Origin: Horticoccus luteus
Lineage (GTDB): Bacteria > Verrucomicrobiota > Verrucomicrobiia > Opitutales > Opitutaceae
DNA: 32,000 bases
Assembly (NCBI RefSeq): GCF_019464535.1
Contig: NZ_CP080507.1
Coordinates: 1,680,001 to 1,712,000, forward strand
Direction: 5' to 3'
Shown here: positions 25,450 through 32,000 of the stretch, in pieces
Layout of the letters: every line of letters starts with the position of its first letter
How positions within the stretch are numbered: position 1 is the first letter of the stretch
Position numbers and translations under genes: made by a program
The notes under the pieces: model-generated
The model's database searches: none
What the model was told of the DNA's origin: nothing
The model's input: only the letters and a program-made list of their open reading frames with translations

Positions 25450-27588
25450 TCACAGCGGGCGATTGGGGTCGTCCTTGAACGGGCGGAACGGCATGCCGCG
25501 CGTGAGATCGGCGGCCACGGGGCGTTGTTGAAGATGCAGCGCGTGGCGGTCGAGTTGCGCGGCGGTGACCCGCCCCGCGGCAAAGAAACGCAGGAGGAAG
25601 GTGTGGTCGCCTTGGTCGGCCCAATTCACATGCGGTAGATGCGGCGGGAGAACCAGGGGGTCGTGATGAGCGAGCGGACACGAGCGCAGAAGGGTGAGGT
25701 GCAGGGCGTCGTGATCGCCGGCGAGCGAGAAAACGTCGGGCGCGACGACGCCGGCGCGTTGGCCGTTGTCGAGTTGCAGCAAGGAGCGATCGCGCACCGG
25801 GCGCTCGGCGCCATCGCTCGTCCGGGCGAGACCGCCGACGGAGATGCCGTCGTTACGCGATTGGATCCTGGCACCAGGACGCCACGACAGGCGGAGGATT
25901 TTGTGGTGTTCGTGCCAGGCCACCCGCAGCCGCAGTTCCCAGAATTCGCTGCCGCGATAGCGCCGCCAATCGGCGCAAAGCGTGCTTTCGCCGATGGGCG
26001 CGGTCGTGCGCCACGTGCAGCGCAAGGGGCCGTCTTCGACCTGTTCCGGGGCGGACCATGCAGCGCGACCGACGATGGGACCGGCGAATCGGTCGAGGTT
26101 GTGCGACCAGGTATCCGATTTGTCTTCGACGAGCACAAACTCCGGCAGCGCGAGCGTGGCGCCGGCCGTGGGCTGAAGTTTCTTCGCGCGTGTGATGGTA
26201 AACGCCGGGGAAGGCCCCGTGAGTTTCGGAGCCTTGCCGGCAGGGCGGCGGGCGATGCGGAGCGAAGCGATGTCGCCAGCGGCGACCCGTAACGGGAAAA
26301 GGAGCCGCAAAGCATCGGGCATCAACGCCTCGGCAGCGATCAGCTGATGCGGCACGACGCGGCCGCGGGCATCGAGCAGGCACCAGTCCGGCTGCCAGAC
26401 GCTCCACTCGAGCCACGGTTCGTGTTCGCACCAGTCGGAGAAAGGAGCGCCGGAGAAATTACCAAACGCGAGACGTTGGCGCGGGTCGGGAGGAAGGGCG
26501 TGGGCGCGGCGGCGAAACGTTTCGCTCAACACGGTCTCGGCAGCGGCGGCGGCGCCCCCGAGTTGTTCTTCGGCGGGCCGGTTGGCAGTCTGAATGGAAC
26601 TGCCGCCCAGCGTATCGTGAAAGTGGTTGAAGCAGACTTGCTCCCACGCGCCGCGGAGCGCGGGTTGGGCGGCGCGCCGTTCCGCTGGCGAAGCGGTGGC
26701 CAACACGCGGCGGGCTTGGGCGAGGAGGTTTTCAGCGCGACGCACACCGACCTTTACAGGGCGATGCACACTGTAGCAGCCGATGGCGTGCATCTGCAGC
26801 TCGCCGGTCACCAGAGGCAGGCGTTTGACCTGCGGAGCGAGGGCGCGGAAGTATTTTTCGGGCGATGAATAGAGAAAGCGGGTGCCTGGCATCAGATCGG
26901 GCAGGCGGCGCGTCCACTCGAGAATCGCTTCGTTGGGTCCGCCACCGTGGTCGCCGACGCCGAGGAAGCACATGGTGTCGTCCACGCCGGACGGCAGTTC
27001 CGAGAGGCTTTGCTCCACGAGATCCAGAGTGGGCGGGAAGATGGTGCAGTAGCCCGCGGCGATCCGGAAGGCGGTGATTTCGGCGCCACCGGGCCGGCCG
27101 CGCCAGCGAAATACGCGGGCGGGGAGGGTGCGCTCGTGTTTCATTGGCCGCATGAAAACGTAGGAGCGCTGGCCGTGGGCGGCCATGAGGTCGGGCAGCG
27201 CGGCGCTGTGGCCGAAGGAATCGACGTTGTAACCGATGCGTGGAAAGAGGCCGAGGTGGCGCTTGAACCAGTCGCGGCCAAGGGTGATCTGTTGATGGAA
27301 GCCTTCCTCGCCAGGGAGATTGCAGTCGGGCTGAATCCACCAGCCACCGACGACCGACCACCGGCCCGCGCGGATGTGTTGCACGATGCGCTGAAACAGC
27401 ACGGGATCGTGGCGGCGCACTTGTTCGTAAACCCACGCTTCACCGCGCGTGAAGATCACGTCGGGGTGACGATCGAGGAAATCGCACATGCTCACGCACG
27501 TGTTGAGCGTTTCGTCGACGCCGGCGGTCCATGGCCAGAGCCAGACGGGATCGAGGTGGGCGTTGAAGATGAGGTGGACAGTGCGCAT
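25450..27588 (-). CDS. glycoside hydrolase family 38 alpha-mannosidase (cytoplasmic type)
   Basis: I trimmed the ORF to the ATG at 27588-27586 (MRTVHLIFNAHLDPVWLWPW...). The motifs GGWWIQPDCNLP, NVDSFGH and GVGDHGGGP are typical of the GH38 N-terminal catalytic domain. There is no signal peptide. 712 aa. Confidence 0.75.
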   Translation of the reverse strand: MRTVHLIFNAHLDPVWLWPWTAGVDETLNTCVSMCDFLDRHPDVIFTRGEAWVYEQVRRHDPVLFQRIVQHIRAGRWSVVGGWWIQPDCNLPGEEGFHQQITLGRDWFKRHLGLFPRIGYNVDSFGHSAALPDLMAAHGQRSYVFMRPMKHERTLPARVFRWRGRPGGAEITAFRIAAGYCTIFPPTLDLVEQSLSELPSGVDDTMCFLGVGDHGGGPNEAILEWTRRLPDLMPGTRFLYSSPEKYFRALAPQVKRLPLVTGELQMHAIGCYSVHRPVKVGVRRAENLLAQARRVLATASPAERRAAQPALRGAWEQVCFNHFHDTLGGSSIQTANRPAEEQLGGAAAAAETVLSETFRRRAHALPPDPRQRLAFGNFSGAPFSDWCEHEPWLEWSVWQPDWCLLDARGRVVPHQLIAAEALMPDALRLLFPLRVAAGDIASLRIARRPAGKAPKLTGPSPAFTITRAKKLQPTAGATLALPEFVLVEDKSDTWSHNLDRFAGPIVGRAAWSAPEQVEDGPLRCTWRTTAPIGESTLCADWRRYRGSEFWELRLRVAWHEHHKILRLSWRPGARIQSRNDGISVGGLARTSDGAERPVRDRSLLQLDNGQRAGVVAPDVFSLAGDHDALHLTLLRSCPLAHHDPLVLPPHLPHVNWADQGDHTFLLRFFAAGRVTAAQLDRHALHLQQRPVAADLTRGMPFRPFKDDPNRPL

Positions 27589-27662
27589 AGGTGGAGTCGG
27601 AAAGTGAAAGCGGGTTGTCGGGACGAATACGGATGGCCTCGGCGGTGTGGCCGAGAGCGCGT

Positions 27663-28433
27663 TCAGGTGTTGGCGAGGCCGCGGTTGATGCGGTGGTTCC
27701 ACCCGCGCAGCGTGAGGCGGGCGTTGGGGTGCGTGTTGCCAGGCTCGATTTCGTCGTCGCCGGCGTGCATCTGGACGAGGACGGTTTTGCGAAGGCGTTT
27801 CGAGCGGTTGTGCTTCGAACCGTGCAGCGTGAAGTAGTGGAAGAAGACCACGTCGCCGGGGTCCGCTTCGAGTGGAGTGGCGTTGTCCAACGGATACTGA
27901 TCGAGCAAGGCGCAGGGTTCCTGTCCACCTGTGTGGGCGGCGCGACCAAGCTTGTGAGAGCCGGGATAAACGCGGAGGCAGCCCATTTTATCGGTCGCGG
28001 GGGAGATGTGAATCACGGCGGCGATCATCGAATCCTTGACCGAGGGGAAGTAGGACCAATCTTGATGCATCGTGAACGGCATGCCGTTCCCGGCGGGTTT
28101 TTGGAAGAGCTTCGTGTGATGGAGTACGATGTCCGGGCCGAGAATCGCTTCGGTGACGTTGAGGAACGGCTTGGCTTGAATCGCGCGCAGCCACGCAGCG
28201 GAGTAGCACTGCACGTTATGCGTGTGGGTGATCGTGCTTTTCGCGCCGCCAATCTTGGCCTGACGTTCACCGCTCCACTGAGCGGAGTTCAGCTCACCGG
28301 CGCGCGTGAGTTGGCGAACGATGCGGTCAAAGTCGCGGGTGAGCTCTTTGAGCGTAGCGCCAGAGAAGAGACCGCGGGCGACGTAGTAGCCGTTTTCTTG
28401 GAAGAACGTTTTGATGGTGTGCGGAGAAGGCAT
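27663..28433 (-). CDS. phytanoyl-CoA dioxygenase (PhyH) family Fe(II)/2-oxoglutarate-dependent oxygenase
   Basis: 256 aa. N-terminus FFQENGYYVARGLFSGATLKEL. The HQDWSYF segment holds the HxD iron ligands, and FTLHGSKHNRS holds the distal His and the 2OG-binding Arg region. Confidence 0.8.
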   Translation of the reverse strand: MPSPHTIKTFFQENGYYVARGLFSGATLKELTRDFDRIVRQLTRAGELNSAQWSGERQAKIGGAKSTITHTHNVQCYSAAWLRAIQAKPFLNVTEAILGPDIVLHHTKLFQKPAGNGMPFTMHQDWSYFPSVKDSMIAAVIHISPATDKMGCLRVYPGSHKLGRAAHTGGQEPCALLDQYPLDNATPLEADPGDVVFFHYFTLHGSKHNRSKRLRKTVLVQMHAGDDEIEPGNTHPNARLTLRGWNHRINRGLANT

Positions 28434-28662
28434 GAGAGGGGAGGAGGGGCAACCGCGGGCAGGTTGCTGGAGCGAAAGCGGTGGCGTTCATCGAATCAAG
28501 ACTGGGCACGATGGCGGGCCGTTATTGAGCGAGAGACGATTTGCGCGGGCGGAGACCGGAATGGCGCAAAATCGCAGGCGTGTTTCGGCGACTCTCCCAT
28601 ACCGACGCCGACTAATGTGCGGTAAGGTAAGCCACGATGATTTCCTCCTGCCTTTTTGGCCT

Positions 28663-29199
28663 ATGAAACGTTCGCATTTTTTCCTCAGCCTCCTCGTCGG
28701 AATCGTGCTTTTGGCAAGTGGCTGTACGACGGTGGCTCCGCCGGTAACGCCGACCGCGCCCGGGACCTTGCAGGTGAACATCAATGTGCCACCGACTTGG
28801 CAGCCGTTGCTGGAAGACGATATCGCCGCCGCGTTGGTGGGGCATCTGACGGACGTATTTCGACACGACGGCTACAGCGGGCCCTTGGCCGAAGTATCGC
28901 GCGGTGAGCCAAGCCCCGGGTGCGTGCTGTTGACGCTCAATCTCGTCGAGTGGCGCATGGACCATTCGGGGAACATCAATTGCACGTTCAGCGCGAGTCT
29001 GCAGAACGCGCGGGAGACGCGGCAGCTCGGCCTGTTTAATGGGATGGCGCTGCGATGGGCGAATCCGCCTGGTCGATTTGGATTAGGCGACACCTACGGC
29101 GCCGCGGCGGAAGATGCGCTGCACGAACTCTACCGTGCGGTGGAAAAGACAGGTTTAATGCCAGCACCGATGCCAGTGGGGACGACAAACACTCAGTAA
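28663..29199 (+). CDS. hypothetical lipoprotein
   Basis: I trimmed the ORF to the ATG at 28663, giving MKRSHFFLSLLVGIVLLASGCTT, a signal peptide plus lipobox. 178 aa, no family recognised. The track ORF's upstream 84 codons are R/G-rich and overlap the divergent PhyH start. Confidence 0.6.
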   Translation: MKRSHFFLSLLVGIVLLASGCTTVAPPVTPTAPGTLQVNINVPPTWQPLLEDDIAAALVGHLTDVFRHDGYSGPLAEVSRGEPSPGCVLLTLNLVEWRMDHSGNINCTFSASLQNARETRQLGLFNGMALRWANPPGRFGLGDTYGAAAEDALHELYRAVEKTGLMPAPMPVGTTNTQ

Positions 29200-29228
29200 G
29201 GCGCAGAGAAGAAAAGGCGCGCGGGCGG

Positions 29229-29318
29229 TGGCGGAGAGGGAGGGATTCGAACCCCCGGAACCCTTGCGGGCTCAGCGGTTTTCAAGACCGCCGCAATAGA
29301 CCACTCTGCCACCTCTCC
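29229..29318 (-). tRNA. tRNA-Ser (anticodon UGA), type II with long variable arm, CCA encoded
   Basis: Reverse complement: GGAGAGGTGGCAGAGTGGTCTATTGCGGCGGTCTTGAAAACCGCTGAGCCCGCAAGGGTTCCGGGGGTTCGAATCCCTCCCTCTCCGCCA. The anticodon stem GCGGT/ACCGC closes the loop C-T-TGA-A-A. The variable arm is long (TGAGCCCGCAAGGGTTC). The acceptor stem is GGAGAGG/CCTCTCC. Confidence 0.9.
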
Positions 29319-29423
29319 GAACCGAGCGGAAGAGCGTTTGGCAACTGGAGGGCGCTTTCAATCGCGTTTTTCAGGGGCGCTGCGGCATTGCTTCGAGACG
29401 CGCGGAGGGCTTTGGTCTGAGGC

Positions 29424-29885
29424 GTGGCTCCTGAGCAGCATCTCATTATCGACGGTCCGAATGTGATGCACGCCTGGCCGGAACTGCGGCCACTCTTGCG
29501 GCGGGAACGCAACACCGCCCGGGAGCGTCTCATCAGCAGTGCCACGAGCTTGCACGACGCCGCGGGTTGCCGCGTGACGGTGGTATTCGACGGGCGTGGA
29601 TCCGAGGTAACGGTAGAACACCCCGCGGGTCAGGCGAGCTTCACGGTCATTTTCACCTCGAGCGGGCTGACCGCGGACGATGTCATTGAACAGATGGTGG
29701 GCCGCGCACGACGACCAGAGGATTGTGTCGTCTCCACCGCGGACATCGCGGAGCGATCGACCGTTGAGGCGTTGGGTGCGGCCGTGATTTCCCCGGACGA
29801 GTTGGCGCGCCGTATCAGCGGTGCGCAGGAGAGGATCCGGGCAGTGTTAACCCACGCGGCTGATTGCTCGCGGAAACGGAAGTGA
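29424..29885 (+). CDS. YacP/Rae1-like NYN-domain (PIN-like RNase fold) protein
   Basis: 153 aa with a GTG start. LIIDGPNVMHAW, VTVVFDG and VIFTSSGLTADDVIEQMV match the YacP-like NYN family pattern (LxVDGYNv...vvFDg...vxfT...tADdxIe). Confidence 0.75.
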   Translation: MAPEQHLIIDGPNVMHAWPELRPLLRRERNTARERLISSATSLHDAAGCRVTVVFDGRGSEVTVEHPAGQASFTVIFTSSGLTADDVIEQMVGRARRPEDCVVSTADIAERSTVEALGAAVISPDELARRISGAQERIRAVLTHAADCSRKRK

Positions 29886-29888
29886 CTT

Positions 29889-31118
29889 ATGGGCGCGACG
29901 GACATGAGCGTAACAGGGGATGTGGCTGAGATGCAGGGGTTGTATGGCGCGTTCTCGTTCCCGGAGAAGCTGCTGCAGCGGATTTGGGCGACCGGCGAAT
30001 TTGTCCGGGACCAGTTGACGACGATCGATGGGCAACGCGTGACGATCGGTCAGGCGGGAAAATGGAATCTGCTGGGCGGGCCGGATTTTAAGGGCGCGCG
30101 AGTGACGATCGGCGAGGGCTCGGAGCGAACGGGTGATGTCGAATTGCATCTGAGGGCGGAAGATTGGGCGAACCATCGGCACGCGGCGGATCCAGCTTAT
30201 CGCAACGTGATCTTGCATGTCGTGCTCTTCCCTCCCGCAGCGGGACATGTCACTCGCGGGGCAGGCGGCGAAGCGATTCCGGTCGCGGCGCTGCTGCCAC
30301 TTCTTCATCGCGACCTCGAAAGCTACGCGGATGACGCCGCCGTCGAGTCGCTCGTCGATCAACCGCTCGATGAGGCGTTGCGTGAATGGGTCGGCCGCAG
30401 CGCGGAGGAGTTGACGGCGATGCTACGCGAGCACGCGAAGACGCGTTGGCAGCGCAAAGTGCGGGATGCGAATCGACGGATCGAACGCTTGGGGTGGAGC
30501 GAGGCGTGCCATCACGCGGCGCTCGAAATTCTCGGCTATCGGTTCAATCGCGTGCCCATGCTGCGCACTGCGGCGCGCTGGCGGCTGGCGGAATGGGTGC
30601 GGAGAGGGGTCGATCCCGATGTGGCATGGGCGGCCGAGCGTGAGTCTTGGAGTGTGCAAGGTGTGCGGCCGGCCAACCATCCGCGGGTGCGATTGCGTCA
30701 ATATGCCACGTGGGTGAGGGCTCGGCCGGACTGGCCGGAGGCACTCATCTCTGCGGCAGGAAGGGTGTTTGAAGGAGCGGGTGTCGAGGCCACACGCACG
30801 TTTCGTCATAAAAACGATCTCACGGCGAGACGCCGCGCGTGGAGTGACCTCGTGGCGGGTGAAGCCGTGGGAGGCACGAGGTGGGACAATCTGGTCTGCG
30901 ATGGCTTCCTGCCGCTGATGGCTGCGCGCACAGGCGAAGATTTGTTTGCTCCGTGGTGGCACTGGTTTTCCGGTGATCTGCCGGAAGGGCAGGAGCGGGC
31001 GTTGCGACGGGCGGGCGTTTTCGGGGGCCGGGAAAATCCGGCGGCGCATGGACCGTTGCAAGGATTGCTCGGCTGGCGGTTGGCGCGTGAAGCAACGAGC
31101 GCGGGGCGCGGAGCTTGA
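29889..31118 (+). CDS. DUF2851-family protein (function unknown)
   Basis: 409 aa. PEKLLQRIWATGEF, GKWNLLGGPDFKGARV and GDVELHLRAEDWANHRHAADPAYRNVILHVVLF resemble the DUF2851 signature (E.H..sSdW..HgH..D..Y..viLHVV). It starts 3 nt after the NYN gene stop. In-frame ATGs a few codons downstream are possible alternative starts. Confidence 0.7.
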   Translation: MGATDMSVTGDVAEMQGLYGAFSFPEKLLQRIWATGEFVRDQLTTIDGQRVTIGQAGKWNLLGGPDFKGARVTIGEGSERTGDVELHLRAEDWANHRHAADPAYRNVILHVVLFPPAAGHVTRGAGGEAIPVAALLPLLHRDLESYADDAAVESLVDQPLDEALREWVGRSAEELTAMLREHAKTRWQRKVRDANRRIERLGWSEACHHAALEILGYRFNRVPMLRTAARWRLAEWVRRGVDPDVAWAAERESWSVQGVRPANHPRVRLRQYATWVRARPDWPEALISAAGRVFEGAGVEATRTFRHKNDLTARRRAWSDLVAGEAVGGTRWDNLVCDGFLPLMAARTGEDLFAPWWHWFSGDLPEGQERALRRAGVFGGRENPAAHGPLQGLLGWRLAREATSAGRGA

Positions 31119-31146
31119 CAAGTTTTACACGCGGAAAATATCTTCT
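31115..31146 (+). promoter_or_regulatory. sigma70-like promoter candidate for nusA
   Basis: TTGACA at 31115-31120 overlaps the DUF2851 stop codon. An 18-nt spacer follows, then TATCTT at 31139-31144 (4/6 match to TATAAT). This is pattern match only. Confidence 0.3.
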
Positions 31147-31178
31147 CCGGTTCTAGAACCAGCCACTTTCAAGAAAGT

Positions 31179-31203
31179 GGGCCGTGCGGCCCGCTTTTTT
31201 TTT
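31179..31203 (+). terminator. intrinsic terminator (GC hairpin + T9) 17 nt upstream of the nusA start codon
   Basis: gggccg-tg-cggccc at 31179-31192 is followed by gc and nine T (31195-31203). Two further hairpins precede it: ggttc-ta-gaacc (31149-31160) and ccacttt-caag-aaagtgg (31163-31180). The second shares 2 nt with the terminator stem. Confidence 0.65.
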
Positions 31204-31220
31204 CCCATTAAACATCACCT

Positions 31221-32000
31221 ATGAGCAGCGAAATTTTATCCGTCTTAGAATACATGGAGAAGGAGAAGGGGATCAGTCGGGTCGAGATGATCGCCACGAT
31301 TGCCAATGCCCTGAAGACCGCCGCGCAAAAAGGGATCAACTCCGGCCAGGAGCTGCGGATCGATATCAATCCGAAGAATGGCCAGTTACATGCGTGGTCG
31401 CTGATGAAGGTGGTGGATTCCGTGGGTAACCCGAAGACGGAAATTCACGTGGAAAAGGCGCAGGCCGTGAAGCCCGGCGCCATGTTGGGCGACATGATTG
31501 AACGCGAGATCGATCCGTCGACGCTGGGCCGGATCGCGGCGCAAACGGCGCGGCAAGCGGTCATGCAACGTCTGCGGCAGTTTGAGAAGGATCGCATTTA
31601 CGACGACTTCAAGGATCAGGTGGGCAACATCGTGACGGGCACGGTGCGGCGGCGTGAGCGCAACGATTTGTTCGTCGATCTCGGCAAGGCCGAGGCGGTG
31701 TTGCTGGGCAAGGAACAGGTGCCGGGCGAAGATTACCAGCCTGGCGAACGCGTGCGCTGCCTGCTGCTCTCGATCGATTCGACGCCGCGCGGACCGGAAA
31801 TCATTTTGTCGCGCGCGAGTCCGAAATTTGTTCGCCGCCTGTTCGAACTCGAGGTCACGGAGATCGCGGACGGCACCGTGCGCATCGATGCGTTCGCCCG
31901 TGAGCCGGGTTACCGGACCAAGATTGCGGTGACCTCGACGGATCCGAAGGTGGATCCGGTGGGAGCATGTGTGGGCGCGCGGGGCGCGCGAGTGAAGACG
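31221..32000 (+). CDS. nusA: transcription termination/antitermination factor NusA (5' 260 codons; truncated by the window edge)
   Basis: This is not in the ORF track because there is no stop in the window. Hand translation from ATG 31221: [38 protein letters not shown]...[66 protein letters not shown]...[68 protein letters not shown]. That covers the NusA N-terminal domain, the S1 domain and the start of KH1. Confidence 0.95.
   Translation, partial: MSSEILSVLEYMEKEKGISRVEMIATIANALKTAAQKGINSGQELRIDINPKNGQLHAWSLMKVVDSVGNPKTEIHVEKAQAVKPGAMLGDMIEREIDPSTLGRIAAQTARQAVMQRLRQFEKDRIYDDFKDQVGNIVTGTVRRRERNDLFVDLGKAEAVLLGKEQVPGEDYQPGERVRCLLLSIDSTPRGPEIILSRASPKFVRRLFELEVTEIADGTVRIDAFAREPGYRTKIAVTSTDPKVDPVGACVGARGARVKT

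Overview
All functional calls below come from reading the supplied translations and the DNA by eye. No similarity search, HMM scan or folding calculation was run.

The window is a visibly GC-rich bacterial chromosomal segment from a diderm organism. Protein style and gene content remind me of Verrucomicrobiota/Opitutales-like genomes, but I cannot verify that.

- **Bases 1-13.5 kb** hold a cell-surface polysaccharide locus.
  - One minus-strand, tightly packed gene string runs 11480 down to 247 and beyond. It encodes an outer-membrane (OM) beta-barrel, a short OPX (outer-membrane polysaccharide export, Wza-like) lipoprotein, and a Wzc-like chain-length/tyrosine autokinase. These are followed by an O-antigen-ligase/Wzy_C-family membrane protein, Wzm and Wzt, two diverged GT8-like paralogues, a GT-B glycosyltransferase, and one more gene cut by the edge.
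  - A divergent WbaP-like initiating sugar-phosphate transferase sits across a 570-nt regulatory gap.
- **13.7-21.1 kb** is mostly housekeeping: an orphan NarL/LuxR response regulator, short-form hpf, an RluA-family pseudouridine synthase, an M14-like peptidase, gltX, tRNA-Pro(GGG), a VanZ-like protein and ligA.
- **21.1-25.4 kb** is a compact three-gene operon. It encodes a porin-like OM protein with an N-terminal coiled coil, a periplasmic cupredoxin-like protein with a full type-1-copper-like ligand set, and a hybrid sensor histidine kinase.
- **25.4-32 kb** carries a GH38 alpha-mannosidase, a PhyH-family dioxygenase, a lipoprotein and tRNA-Ser(UGA). It ends with a YacP/NYN-like RNase-fold protein, a DUF2851 protein, and the 5' 780 nt of nusA behind an intrinsic terminator.

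I saw no rRNA, CRISPR array, transposase, integrase or phage gene.

The best candidates for something undescribed, none of them proven:
1. The porin / cupredoxin / hybrid-kinase triad.
2. The polysaccharide operon that mixes ABC-transporter parts with Wzc/OPX/beta-barrel parts.
3. The NYN-DUF2851 pair and the terminator-containing nusA leader.
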